DNA of 31,998 nucleotides, taken from positions 1 to 31,998 of the forward strand of contig CAXHJY010000318.1 of NCBI GenBank assembly GCA_964016885.1, given 5' to 3'. The position numbers and the translations under genes were made by a program. This document shows positions 1 through 11,336 of this stretch, one piece after another (positions within the stretch are counted from its first letter, which is position 1; each line of letters opens with the position of its first letter). The stretch is from Eledone cirrhosa. Lineage: Eukaryota. Under the pieces are notes generated by a model. That model did not search any database. It had not been told where the DNA came from and saw nothing but the letters and a program-made list of their open reading frames with translations.

Positions 1-759
1 TTATGCTTCATATAGATTTTTGGTTAAAATTCCAGTGAGTAAGATTCGATATTAAAACACAGCTTAACAAGAATTAAATTTCAACTAAATTTGTAATTTC
101 AAAAGTGACAAGCAATATAAATTAAAACAAAAATAGGAAGCTGTGACGGTTATGCATTTCCAAAGTGATTAAAATATTTCTTATATTGCTTTGTAGGGAA
201 GAGTCAACTAAATCAATCTCAGTTCTTATTTGATATTATTGGTAGTCGTATAATCGATCGATCGAGAAGGTATTTAAAAAAAAGTCTTACCCTAGCAAGA
301 ATTGAACTCTGAATATATAAGTACAACATATTCAACACTCTACCAGCCTTATAAAAACTAATATGAAATCTCTTACTAAGGCCAACTGAAATTAGGTACA
401 TTCATGCTTTCCTTAGAGAAGAATCAACGTCTAATTATTCAATTTTGCATCGAGAATAAATCTTGTTTTGTGCCTTAGCTATGTGATAAAGATAAAATAT
501 ATTCCCCGTGCTATTTATATGTTTACATGGAGAAAAACCAAACTAACAAACTAACAAAAACACGCACATGATATATATTTAAGAAATGAGAGAGAGAGAG
601 AGAGGAGAATGACAAAAATTATGTAAATATGTGATGTATTTTTAGTGAAAGGTGTGGATAGATGCTTTGTTATGTTTAAATGTTAGATGTACGCGTAGGA
701 AATGAAAGTGATGTAAAATGATGAATCAGGAGCGAGAGAGAACTATTATTGTTGTTAGA

Positions 760-1055
760 CGTCTGTCACTCCCATTACCAGTGTTCCAGTTGGTCGAACA
801 ACCGAACATCCTGCTAGCGAAATTAACGAGCAAGTGGCTGAGCATTCTATAGACACGTGTACCCTTAACGTAGCACTTCTCAGGGAGATTCAGCTTGACA
901 AGACTGGCCCTGTGAATTACAAATGTTTGCCAGCTAAGTAAACAAAAGCAACTATAGGAAATAAAGTGCCTTACTCAAGGACACACCACCGCACCTCTAG
1001 GAATCGAACTCCCAACCTTACTATGATGAGCTGTACACCCTCACCACTAAGCCAC
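760..1055 (-). mobile_element. tRNA-derived CORE-type SINE
   Basis: Minus strand begins GTGGCTTAGTGG (A box) ... GTTCGATTCC (B box), then GTGTCCTTGAGTAAGGCACTT (CORE-like). The 3' part is the reverse complement of about 3083-3180. Confidence 0.8.
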
Positions 1056-1064
1056 AAAAGTTTA

Positions 1065-1332
1065 AAGTTTGTCTGGAGCTTGCAGGCTCATCAAGCCGGT
1101 GCTTATCCAGGTTTCATGGCGTGAAGCGACTTAGAGAACAAGACACCCCCTGGACAGGTCAGCAGTCCATCACAGAGTTAAACCTCCAGCTATTACTGGT
1201 ACTCATTTTTAACTGAGTACACTGGAGCAACCTTAAATGAAGTGTTTTGTTCAAGAACACAACACACAACACAGCCTAGGAATCGAACCCACAACATTAT
1301 GATCGTAATTCCAATCATCAACTAAACCACAG
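1065..1332 (-). mobile_element. tRNA-derived SINE with CORE-like and V-domain-like segments
   Basis: Minus strand GTGGTTTAGTTG ... GGTTCGATTCC, then TGTGTTCTTGAACAAAACACTT, AAATGAGTACCAG and GATGGACTGCTGACCTGTCCAGGG. Confidence 0.7.
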
Positions 1333-2419
1333 GCCTTCATTCACTATTATTGATGTATAAAACATCACAGCAGCTTTCTGTAAGTGATGAACTTGTGAGT
1401 GTGTGATAGAAGTTTTGGCGCTGGTTGAATCAGAGTTGTGTCCCCTTGTGAATCTCTGCGAGAAAGTTAATATTGTCACAGTTAATAGTTTTATATGATA
1501 GAAGAAACAGGCGGGAGTCTACTGCTTTGGTAAGTTACGCACGTTTCTCTCTCACACACTCACACACATCTCTATATTATATTATGTTATATACACTCTC
1601 GCACAGGAAAAACAACAAAATATCGCTGTTTTTCTCACCATTTGCCAAATTACTATTTTCTTTTTCAATTAATATTTTTAGTTCAAAAGAAAAAAACATT
1701 ATTTGATTAGCAAAAAAAAAAAAAAAAAAGAGAATGAAAAAATACACCGCAGTTTTTGTCTTCGATCAGAGATTACTATTTTCTTTTTAAATTAATATTT
1801 CTAAATTAAAAGAAAAACCTTATTTAATTGTCAGAAAAAGAAAAGAACAGAACAAGACACCTTTCTCTAAATTGTGGATTTTTCTTTTGTTTTTCTTTTT
1901 AAATGAGAAGCAAAAAAAAAACAAAAACTTTAATCAACGAGTAAAACAAAAACCAAAAAAAAAACCGCAACTTTTCTCACTGTTCACAGATTTTTTTTAT
2001 TTTATTTTCCTTTTAGATAAATATTTCTAAATAAGAAAAAATAATAAGAAAAACATGAAAAAAATTAATTATTTAATAGAAATCAATGAGAATACTATAT
2101 CTGTATGATTATTTAATAGAATGTAAACATTTATTTTTTGGTTGTTATTTTCATCTTTCAAACTTCCAAGCGGTTTTTTCGTTTTTTACTTTATTAGAAA
2201 TTTAGTGGGGGTGGGGAGAGGGAGGGCACATGCTTCTCACCGTGTCGCTAATCATTCATAAATTGTCATCTCTCTGGAGAAAGATTTAATCTTAAATTTT
2301 GATAGATTTCTTTCATTTAAATTCGTTATCCTTTTATTATTATATTTTTTTGCCTCACTCGCTTTTTACTTGCGTTTTTCTTGTTTATATTAGTTTGATG
2401 GCGTTAAAGAAGTTGATAA

Positions 2420-2640
2420 ACTTATCCAAAAACTTCTGCTGCGGTTACATTCTGTTGCTTCTTCACCCACTTATTCCTGAGAGGGTCGTTGGGGCAGTCC
2501 TCAAACACTCCTTCCAGCGGGTCCTGTCAGAAGCAAACTATCTCCAACCGATCCGACTGGATCCCCAATAATCTTTCTCAGAATTCTACTCCTGGGTCTC
2601 TTGCCGGCTGGTTTCGTCCGTAAAATCTTTGTTGCATTTT
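2420..2640 (-). mobile_element. Degenerate 3' end of an RTE-clade (Rex3/Expander-like) LINE
   Basis: Minus frames give GKRPRSR ... ASDRTRWKECLR ... ISG*. Similar at nucleotide level to 28855-29060 on the opposite strand. Confidence 0.6.
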
Positions 2641-2904
2641 CCGCTATCCAAGTCAGTTTCATTCATTTTTGTCTGTTGATCTTAGAAAAGTTTTCCTTTA
2701 TTATATACTTTTCATTTCTTCAGACAGATATTTGTAAAGGTAGAACCAATGCTTTTTCTTCCAATTATTATCGATTTTAATTATTCAAATATAAAGCTAA
2801 TCATTATACTATTCATTATTTTGGCGTGCGTCTCTCTCATTCACAATCCTGACTTCTTCAAAATCAATTTCCTGACAATTCTTTGCAATATTTCTCGCAA
2901 CATG

Positions 2905-3180
2905 ACTAAACTGTGAGGAAGTTCGCCTCACAGTCATTAGGTCCCGGTTCCGGGGTCGATACCTATGTCGTATCTTGGGCATATGTCAGGTTGATTCTTG
3001 TGAGCGAAATTGTGTAGACGGAAACTGCTTGGAAGCCCATCATAATTACAGGACTGTACCTGTCATTCGAAGGATCAGTCACGCTGAATCTCCCTGAGAA
3101 CTACGTTAAGGGTACACGTGTCTGTGGAATGCTCAGCCACCTACACGTTAATTTCACGAGTATGCTATTCTGTTGATCTT
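2905..3180 (+). mobile_element. Degenerate tRNA-derived SINE
   Basis: Decayed head, then CTTGGGCA ... TTGTGAGCGAAATTGTGTAGACGGAAACTG. Tail GCTGAATCTCCCTGAGAACTACGTTAAGGGTACACGTGTCTG is shared with the 760-1055 SINE. Confidence 0.7.
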
Positions 3181-3554
3181 TTAATTTGAATTATTGAGCT
3201 TTTTTATTGAGAAACAATCATCATATATATGATACCTTAACACACACACATATTCCTAACTCATATCCACCTTACGTTCAACTAGATTATTTAAAAACAC
3301 CCAATTAAGATTCTATGTTCAGTTGACTAATTTCTTTCATTCATTTAAAGGCAAAATTGATTTCTTTTATGAAAAAGAAATTCCAATAGCAATTCTATAA
3401 ATTCAATTTTTTTTTTTCGAAAACCATTGTCTTTCTCTGTATTTTATCGGATTTTCTAAATGTTTGATTCCAAACACTGGCACTCTGTTTATCTTTGATA
3501 GCCATGTGGCTAGAGTTGACAACGAAATATTTAACTTCATATCGACCGTATTGA

Positions 3555-3995
3555 CTGTGTGAGTGTGTGCCTATGTGTTTGTGTATGTGCATGTCCATGT
3601 GTGTTTGTGTATGAGCGTGTGTGTCCATGTGTGTGTATCTACATGTCTTCATGTGTGTCCATATGTTTGTGTGCGCGTGCATATATATATGTATATATGA
3701 AGGAGTCGGGACCCCGACGGCTGAGCTCCTGCCGTTTCAACAGCTGTGTGTGTGTGCATGTATGAGTAAAGGCGTGTGATTGTGTCGTGTGCCAGCGTGC
3801 GTTTGTCTGTGTGCGCGCGTATGTGTATGTGCATGTTAATGTGATTGTGTGTGTGTATGTGCGTTTGTTCGTGTTTGTCTGCATGTATGTGTGTGTGCAT
3901 GTGCGCGTGGGTATGTACATGAGTGTGTGTACGTGCTCGTGCATGTGAGTGAGTGATTGTGTCTGTATATGTTTGAATGGGATTGTGTGTATATG
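3555..3995. repeat. Degenerate (TG)n microsatellite
   Basis: TG/TGCA/TATG-rich low-complexity tract seen directly. Confidence 0.9.
3699..3746 (-). mobile_element. Penelope-like pLTR remnant carrying only the 3' half of a hammerhead
   Basis: Minus strand CAGCTGTT-GAAA-CGGC aggagctca GCCG-TC-GGGGTC. Nearly identical to the arms of the 27439-27544 palindrome. Confidence 0.65.
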
Positions 3996-4482
3996 CTGAT
4001 ATATTTTAAACAGGAGAGAACAGTCAGTTGTTACACTCATCCCCTGTCTTTTTAATCATCTGTTTTGAGGGTATTTTTTTTTTTTTTCTGATCTGCCTTT
4101 TTATTCTTTTCAAACCCCTTTTTTTTCTTAAATAATATTAATTTGTTTTCTTCCTGAAATCCTAGTTTCATTCTTTTTTCAATATAAAAACAATATACAA
4201 CTTACAAAAAAAATAAAAGTAAACGAACAATTTTAGTAATATATAAATTCATCAATAGTTATAAATACATATATCCTGGAAAGATCAACTTAATTCTTTC
4301 TTATTTGTTCTATTGAAAGTTTTTCATAGTTTTCGTCCATGAAAGAAAATTTCGAAAGCTTTTTTACTCATTTCAACATATTTCTTCATGTATATATATG
4401 TATGTATATATTTCTATACTTTTCATTTATATATATATATATATATATATAAGTAGTAACACAACAGTTAGTTCACCATAGC

Positions 4483-4518
4483 GAGAACAATTGTTTCACC
4501 TTAGCGGATCTTCAGCCC
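4483..4518 (-). ncRNA. Minimal type I hammerhead ribozyme motif
   Basis: Minus strand GGG-CTGAAGA-TCCGCTAAGGT-GAAA-CAATTG-TT-CTC. Stem III is palindromic (CAATTG), as in Penelope-type minimal hammerheads. Stems I and II are short. Confidence 0.6.
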
Positions 4519-4582
4519 AGACGCCTAATCGGAGGTAACCGCAGTAAGTAAGGTACTCAATACAAACCAGAGTATAAATATT

Positions 4583-4692
4583 TAATATAGAAAAGCTTCT
4601 ACAGGACTAGAACTGTTTCATTCGTGAGAAATCATCAGGAGCTTCCTGATGATTTCTCACGAATGAAACCGTTCTAGACCTGTAGAATCTTT

Positions 4693-4701
<9 letters not shown>
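4583..4701. ncRNA. 58-bp-arm palindrome with a hammerhead motif on each strand (Penelope-like pLTR fold-back)
   Basis: Arms 4583-4640 and 4644-4701 with 3 mismatches. Consensus AGCTTC-CTGATGA-tTTC tcac GAAt-GAAA-CAG ttctagtc CTG-TA-GAAGCT. Confidence 0.75.
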
Positions 4702-4725
<24 letters not shown>

Positions 4726-5416
4726 CATACATGCATACATATAAATGTGTGTGTGTGTATATATATATATATACACACACATATATGTATGCATGTATCT
4801 GTATGAATATATATCTGTGTATGAATATATATCTGTGTATGAATATATATATGTATGTGTATGAATATGTATGTATATATATGTGTATGTATATATATGT
4901 GTATGTGGATATATATATATGTGTGTATGTGGATATATATATATGTGTGTATATATATGTGTATATATGTGTGTATGTATATATATGTGTATGTATATAT
5001 ATATGTGTATGTATATAAATGTGTGTATGTATATGTGTGTATGTATATATATGTATGTGTATGTATATATATGTATGTGTATGTATATATATGTATGTAT
5101 GTGTGTATATATATATGTGTATGTCATCATTTTACGTCCGCTTTGTATATATATATGTATATATATGTATGTGTATGAATATATATGTATGTATATATAT
5201 ATATATGTATGTATATATATATATAATGTATGTATATGTATGTATGTGTATGTATATGTATGTATGTGTATGTATATGTATGTATATGTATGTATGTATG
5301 TATATGTATGTATGTATGTGTATGTATATGTATGTATGTGTATGTATATATATGTATGTGTATGTATATATATGTATATATTGTATGTATGTATGTATGT
5401 ATGTATATGTATGTAT

Positions 5417-5915
5417 GGAGGGTGACTTTGGACATCCTGCAGGACTAAAAACAAAACCTGTCAAAGGGCAAAGGAGCTCTTAAGAGTCAATGGCCATCCA
5501 AAATCACCTGGAGAGATGACTCCTTAGCCTTTGTCAAGGCAGAATTCTAGAAGGAAAACTCTGATATAACACCTGCAACTCTGATGGTATCCAATGATGT
5601 TGACTTGTTCTTCTTTTTGGTAAATATCATCTTGGTTAAGAGAGTGGGACTGGCTTTGTGCAGTGCCTTTGCTCACTATAAAAGCTTCACGGCACAGGCA
5701 TTGCTTTACATCTGGAGATCTCTCTGCACTTGTCGTCACATGGTACCAAAGGCAAAGCACTATGTGTCAATAATTGTCACAAGTGTAGTGTTTGTACCAG
5801 AGTTTTCAAGTCGCAGGCTGGACTAAAAAGTCACACTCGTTCAGCGCATCGGTAGGGGTTCTCCTACATGGATATAAAGTAGTGGCCGTACTCGAAAACG
5901 AGTTGGCAGCCACCA
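5417..5915 (+). mobile_element. Bipartite RTE-derived non-autonomous element, copy 1 (5'-truncated)
   Basis: RTE 5'UTR-like TCTAG(GAG)AAGGAAAACTCTGA joined to a 3' end encoding [25 protein letters not shown] (C2H2 finger, 5778-5855). Terminal hairpin CTCGAAAACGAG, then a TATG tail. Confidence 0.8.
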
Positions 5916-6058
5916 TATGTGTATGTATATATATATGTATATATGTATGTATATATATATATGTATGTATGTATGTATGTATATATATATGTATGTATGT
6001 ATATATATATGTATGTATGTATATATATGTATGTATGTATATATATATATATATATGT

Positions 6059-7172
6059 ATCATCATCATCATCATCAAGGTTTAGCGTCCGTGTTCCACG
6101 CTTGCATGGGTTTGGACGGGGGTTTTCCCACTTGAGGCAAGAGTGGTTGTCTTGCTCGCATAGGACTGTCTGGCGGGTTTTCTACAGCTGGATGCCCTTC
6201 CTAACACCAACCACATTTACAGTGTGGGGCTGGGAGGTTTTTACCGTGTTGCCTACACGGCCACATTACAGCGTGGACTGTCTGGCGGGTTTTCTACAGC
6301 TGGATGCCCTTCCTCACACCAACCACATTTACAGTGTGGGGCTGGGAGGTTTTTACCGTGTTGCCTACACGGCCACATTTACAGCGTGGACTGTGTGTTT
6401 TTTGTTGTGACACCTACACGATCTCATTTGTTTCGGCCTGGATGGGGTGGGGGTGGTGGGATGGGGGTGTGTTTTCATAGAGATGCCTACTGACTGTCCT
6501 CTGCACACAATGCCCAGGTCTCACTGCCATGCAGCATTGCTGTTCGTATGCAGGCATTGTATAACCTGCCTTTCATTTTTAGGGAGAACCCTTTAGCGGC
6601 TAATAGTGGTATAAGCTCTCTGAACTTTTTCCATCCAGTTCTGACTCTAGCTACTGTACTTTCAGAGCACCCTCCCCCACTGCTGATTTTGTCGCCCCGG
6701 TAACGGAAGCTGTCCACTATTTCTATAGAACCCTCTGCGCAATTGAAAGAGCTAGTATTCTGTGGGCACTTGCTGCTACTTATTGCACCAGAGCACCGGC
6801 CACATGTAAAATCTATGTTCTTAGTTAGCTTACCTGTAATCCCACTACATCTTTTATGCACCCATACTTTGCATTTGGGACATAAAATGGAGTTTCTACC
6901 TACGCCTTTCCTACACACTGAGCATGGCCATTTCCCGGAAGGGACCGCCGCCTTATTTTCTTTCCTACAAACTAGAACTTTAGTCTTAGCCAGGTTAATT
7001 TTAAGGCCTTTTGATTCTAGGCCATGCTTCCATGTTTGGAATTTCTTCTCTAGTTCGGTCATTGATTCAGCTATGAGCGTTAGATCATCTGCGTATAGGA
7101 GTTCCCATGGGCAGCCGGTCTTGAACTCCTCTGTTATAGCCTGAAGGGCAATAATAAATAGTAGGGGGCTAA
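6059..7172 (-). mobile_element. RTE LINE fragment (RT with PHD insert), 5'-truncated and internally deleted
   Basis: Minus-strand frame reads LSPLLFIIALQA...LLYADDL, then ORF 6487-7062 with PHD and [10 protein letters not shown]. Jumps from ALCAED straight into the 3'UTR. (GAT)n tail at 6059-6076. Close to the 19523-20824 copy. Confidence 0.9.
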
Positions 7173-7435
7173 ATCAGAGTGTATAGAGGAGCCAGAACCA
7201 AATGGGAAAAAATGGGAAATAATGACATAAATGGGACTTGCCCCTTGTATAGGAGCCAATTTTGGAATAGAATAGAAAGAACTAGGAACAAGGCTAATAG
7301 AATAAACTCATGGTATGATAGCAATAAATACCAGAGTGTAATGTTCATCGATACAACCCCTAGAGGGGAATTAGCTTACAAATTTAGGAGGGCCCTAAAC
7401 AAACATAAACTCAATATTAAGATAGTAGAAAGACC

Positions 7436-7867
7436 TCCGTAAAAACACTCATTAGCAAGACATACCCTTTTCAAAGACCCTCATGTATAGATAAGAAATG
7501 TATAACCTGTAAAATAAGCCCCCATATTAACTGTAAAACTAGAAATGTAGTGTATAGCATAAGATGTACTGAAGGACAATGTAGAGACAAAAATATAGTG
7601 TACATAGGTGAGACAGCTCGTAGTGTAGGAGAACGGATAAATGAACACTGGCGAGACGTTCAAGATAGTAAAGAATCATCTGTACTCTACCAACATGCTA
7701 AAATAGAACACAAGGGTAAATTAGAGAACATAGAAATAAAAATAGAATCTACACACAGAAAAGACGCAATGTTTAGACAAATTACAGAGGCAATAAACAT
7801 AAAAGAATTACAACCAAAATTAAATAGAAAATATGAGTGGAACAGCAACATCACAACTTACAATTAA
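7436..7867 (+). pseudogene. GIY-YIG endonuclease domain of a Penelope-like element (frameshifted upstream)
   Basis: VVY...YIGET.R....R..EH, conserved Glu and PKLN motifs. Confidence 0.85.
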
Positions 7868-7964
7868 GGACAAAAATGAAAACACACACACACATAGAAC
7901 AAACAACCAACCAGTAACATGTAAATAAACAAATAAATAAATGAACATAAACACACACAGACAC

Positions 7965-8022
7965 CCGGATGTGGCGCATGCGCAAACTGAGCACACAACA
8001 CACACACAGAAACAAAATGGCG
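7965..8022 (+). promoter_or_regulatory. Candidate pLTR Pol II promoter: ETS, NRF1 and YY1 motif cluster
   Basis: CCGGATGTG (7965), GCGCATGCGCA (7974) and CAAAATGGCG (8013), ending about 50 nt upstream of the hammerhead. Confidence 0.45.
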
Positions 8023-8068
8023 TAGGACAGAACAAAGGAGAGGCACAGAAACAAAGAAAGGAATCCCC

Positions 8069-8113
8069 AGTCACTGAAGAGGTCACAGAGTGTGTGACGA
8101 AAGAACTATGACT
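8069..8113 (+). ncRNA. Minimal type I hammerhead ribozyme
   Basis: AGTCA-CTGAAGA-gGTCACA gagtg TGTGAC-GAAA-G aa C-TA-TGACT: 5-bp stem I, 6-bp stem II. Lies in the 3' region of a GIY-YIG element. Confidence 0.85.
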
Positions 8114-8359
8114 ATATATAAACAACTATCTGGTTGTGGAACCAACCAACCAACCAGAAATTTATAAATTTATTATAATAAATTGAAGTGAAAGCAACTG
8201 GTGCGTGTGTTTCTTATTGGCAACATGACCCTCCCAAAGTATAACAATATCGGTTTCAACACACTATTTCAGATAAAGAATCTTGCTAAACAAATTCAGA
8301 AACGATATATATATATATGTATATATATATATGTATGTATGTATATATATATGCATATA

Positions 8360-10174
8360 TGTATCCGGAATGATAAAGGTGAGCTTGCCCTCACAAGTGC
8401 TGAGAAGAAAGATGCATGGAAGAGTCATTATGATAGATTACTAAATGAGGAGAATGCATGGGAAGAAGAGACCCTACCCCACGTAGACCCTATAGAGGGA
8501 CCAGCAGTACAAGTCAGCGGCAGCGTAGTAAGTAAGGCAATCAGAGATATGAAGATAGGGAAGGCAACCGGTCCATCGGGTATAGCTGCCGAGATGCTGA
8601 AGGCATCTGGGTCTGTAGGTCACACTATAACCACACGTATCGTTAACCAGGTAATACTAGAGGGGGCCATACCAAAAGATTGGTGCAGTAGCATCATTGT
8701 CAACTGCTACAAAGGTAAAGGCGATGCACTAGATAGAGGAAACTATAGAGGTATAAAGTTGATGGACCAGGTCATGAAAGTAACAGAAAGAGTTATAGCA
8801 CAGCTGATTAGGGACCGGGTGAATATAGACGAGATGCAATTTGGGTTTGTTCCAGGGAAAGGCACCACTGATGCGCTCTTCCTTGTGAGGCAATTACAGG
8901 AAAAGTACCTAGCTAAAAGTAAGCCACTCTACTTGGCATTTGTCGACCTTGAGAAAGCCTTTGACAGAGTTCCACGTGCAGTAATCTGGTGGGCTCTTAG
9001 AAAACTAGGAGTAGATGAATGGCTTGTGAAAGCGGTACAAGCCATGTATAGGGGAGCAGTCAGCAAAGTTAGGATTGGCAATGAGTATAGCGAGGAATTT
9101 AGCGTACAGGTTGGGGTCCACCAGGGCTCTGTTCTTAGCCCTCTCCTGTTCATCATAGTCCTGCAGGCAATAACGGAGGAGTTTAAGACCGGATGCCCAT
9201 GGGAACTCCTGTATGCTGATGACCTCGCACTCATAGCTGAATCTATGGTAGAACTAGAGAATAAATTCCAAACCTGGAAGCAGGGACTAGAGAGAAAGGG
9301 CCTCAAAGTCAACATGACAAAGACTAAGGTCCTTATAAGTAGACGAGAAAACAGAACCCAGATCCCCTCAGGGAAATGGCCTTGCTCAGTATGTAGGAAA
9401 GGTGTAGGTAGGAACTCCATTCTTTGCCCCAAATGCAAACAATGGGTACACAAGAGATGTAGCGGGATCTCAGGAAGCTTAATTAAGAATGTAGGATTCA
9501 CATGCAGCAGCTGTGCTGAAACAGCAAGCAAACAGCCACAGGAAACAAGTACCACCAATCTCTGGGAGGGCCCTGTAGAAACAGTAGACAGCTTCTGCTA
9601 CCTAGGTGACCGAATTAGCAACGGAGGTGGGTGCTCAGAAAGTACAATAACTAGGGTAAGAACGGGATGGAAGAAGTTTAGGGAACTACTACCACTGCTA
9701 GCTGCAAAAGGCTTCTCCCTCAGAATGAAAGGCAGACTGTATGATGCGTGTATCCGAACAGCGATGTTGCATGGTAGTGAGACCTGGGCGCTGAAGGTGG
9801 AAGACTTACGTAGATTAGAGAGAAACGAAGCCTGCATGCTCCGATGGATGTGTAACAGTAATATACGTGAACGACAAAGCATAAATGAATTGAGAGAGAG
9901 ACTGAGCATAAGAGGAATCAAATGCTGCGTGCAGGAGAGGCGGTTACGCTGGTATGGACATGTGATGCGTATGAAGGATGACAGCTGCATAAAAAGGTGC
10001 AGAGCACTAGAAGTTGATGGAAACCGCGGAGTGGGGAGACCCAAGATGACTTGGGATGAGGTGATAAAAGCCGACCTTACCCAACTACACCTCTCAAAGT
10101 CAATGACACACGACCGTGACTTCTGGCGTCACGCAGTAATACAGGGTACCCGACCTCCCATGGGTACATGCTGA
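8360..10174 (+). CDS. RTE reverse transcriptase (5'-truncated) with internal PHD finger
   Basis: Uninterrupted frame: KGKGD...NYRGIKL, QFGF, FVDLEKAFD, GVHQGSVLSPLLF, LYADD, C4HC3 insert, [20 protein letters not shown]. The track start at 8201 is read-through from pLTR and microsatellite. Confidence 0.92.
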   Translation, partial: CIRNDKGELALTSAEKKDAWKSHYDRLLNEENAWEEETLPHVDPIEGPAVQVSGSVVSKAIRDMKIGKATGPSGIAAEMLKASGSVGHTITTRIVNQVILEGAIPKDWCSSIIVNCYKGKGDALDRGNYRGIKLMDQVMKVTERVIAQLIRDRVNIDEMQFGFVPGKGTTDALFLVRQLQEKYLAKSKPLYLAFVDLEKAFDRVPRAVIWWALRKLGVDEWLVKAVQAMYRGAVSKVRIGNEYSEEFSVQVGVHQGSVLSPLLFIIVLQAITEEFKTGCPWELLYADDLALIAESMVELENKFQTWKQGLERKGLKVNMTKTKVLISRRENRTQIPSGKWPCSVCRKGVGRNSILCPKCKQWVHKRCSGISGSLIKNVGFTCSSCAETASKQPQETSTTNLWEGPVETVDSFCYLGDRISNGGGCSESTITRVRTGWKKFRELLPLLAAKGFSLRMKGRLYDACIRTAMLHGSETWALKVEDLRRLERNEACMLRWMCNSNIRERQSINELRERLSIRGIKCCVQERRLRWYGHVMRMKDDSCIKRCRALEVDGNRGVGRPKMTWDEVIKADLTQLHLSKSMTHDRDFWRHAVIQGTRPPMGTC

Positions 10175-10467
10175 AGCATATAAACAATATGCCCCCCCCC
10201 CCACCGCAAGGTGGTCGTGGAGGTGCCACGGCAAAAAAGCACCCAGCCCACACTGTAAAGTGGACGTGTAGGCGCCACGAAAAAGCACCCAGCACTCACT
10301 GTAAATGAGGTTGGTGTTAGGAAGGGCATCCAGCTGTAGAAATCAAGCCAGATCAGTTCCTGTATGAGCAAGGCATGGTCAGCCGACCAGACACTGCCCA
10401 CAACAGGACAACCCGTCTAACCCATGCTAGCGTGGAAGAACGGACGTAAAACGGTGATGATGATGAT
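8360..10467 (+). mobile_element. RTE-clade LINE, 5'-truncated, with (GAT)n tail
   Basis: RT frame plus 3'UTR containing GGTGTTAGGAAGGGCATCCAGCTGTAGAAA and ending CGGACGTAAAACGGTGATGATGATGAT. Flanked by TA repeats on both sides. Confidence 0.95.
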
Positions 10468-10808
10468 ATATATATATGTATGTATATATATATATGTATA
10501 TATATATGTATGTATATATATATGTATGTATATATATATGTATGTATGTATATATATATGTATGTATGTATATATATATGTATGTATGTATATATATATA
10601 TATATATATGTATGTATATATATATATATATATGTATGTATATATATATATATATATATGTATGTATATATATATATATATATGTATGTATATATATATA
10701 TATATATGTATGTATATATATATATATATATGTATGTATATATATATATATATATGTATGTATATATATATATATATATGTATGTATATATATATATATA
10801 TATGTATG

Positions 10809-10843
<35 letters not shown>

Positions 10844-10884
10844 ATATGTATATATATATATGTATGTATGTATATATGTATGTA

Positions 10885-11336
10885 TCCCTACCCCCCAACC
10901 CACGCTCTGTCCCCCCCCCTCCGGTTCCTTTCCCTGTTCTAGGCCCCGCTGCAACACCTGTCCCCACATCAACACCACCACCTTCCAGGGTCCCAACGGC
11001 CACTCTCTCTCGGTCCGGCATGCCTTCCGCTGCACCTCCTCCAACCTAGTCTACGGACTTCGCTGCACGGAGTGCAGTGCGACTTATGTCGGACAGACGG
11101 GACGTCGCCTGGCGGACCGATTCACTGAGCACCTCCGGGATATTCTTCTCGGTGGTAGTTCCCCCATGGCCCGCCACTTTGGTGGCCCTGGACATTCCGC
11201 ACGCCATCTCACAGTCTGTGGCCTACTCCAATGCCACGGAACACCCGCCAATCGCCTTAGAGTCGAACAAAGAACTATCTTCATCTTACAGAACCACACT
11301 CCCCCCGGCCTGAACTCCCCACCCTTATTCCTTTAG
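10885..11336 (+). CDS. Zn-finger plus GIY-YIG endonuclease C-terminus of a Neptune-type Penelope-like element (5'-truncated)
   Basis: [13 protein letters not shown]...[36 protein letters not shown]...ARHF...H...RLRVEQRTI...PPGLN. Confidence 0.9.

Larger units (their letters stand above)
7173..8306 (+). mobile_element. Penelope-like element 3' fragment (linker, Cys-rich finger, GIY-YIG endonuclease, pLTR)
   Basis: ORF 7179-7442 (MFIDTTPRGELA...IKIVERP), one frameshift, then SVKTLISKTYPFQRPSCIDKKCITC...NCKTRNVVYSIRC...YIGETARSVGERINEH...RQITEAINI...LNRKYEW to 7867. Hammerhead at 8069. Confidence 0.85.

Noticed and set aside
197-269. Possible + strand exon (ttgtag ... AAG/gtattt) with one open frame
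   Set aside because: Short, weak donor and no recognisable protein. Needs RNA-seq.
985-1332. tRNA genes suggested by A/B boxes
   Set aside because: No cloverleaf. The boxes are heads of SINEs.
7867-8306. SECIS element, as reported for some Naiad-type elements
   Set aside because: No convincing SECIS fold and no in-frame TGA in the retained coding part.
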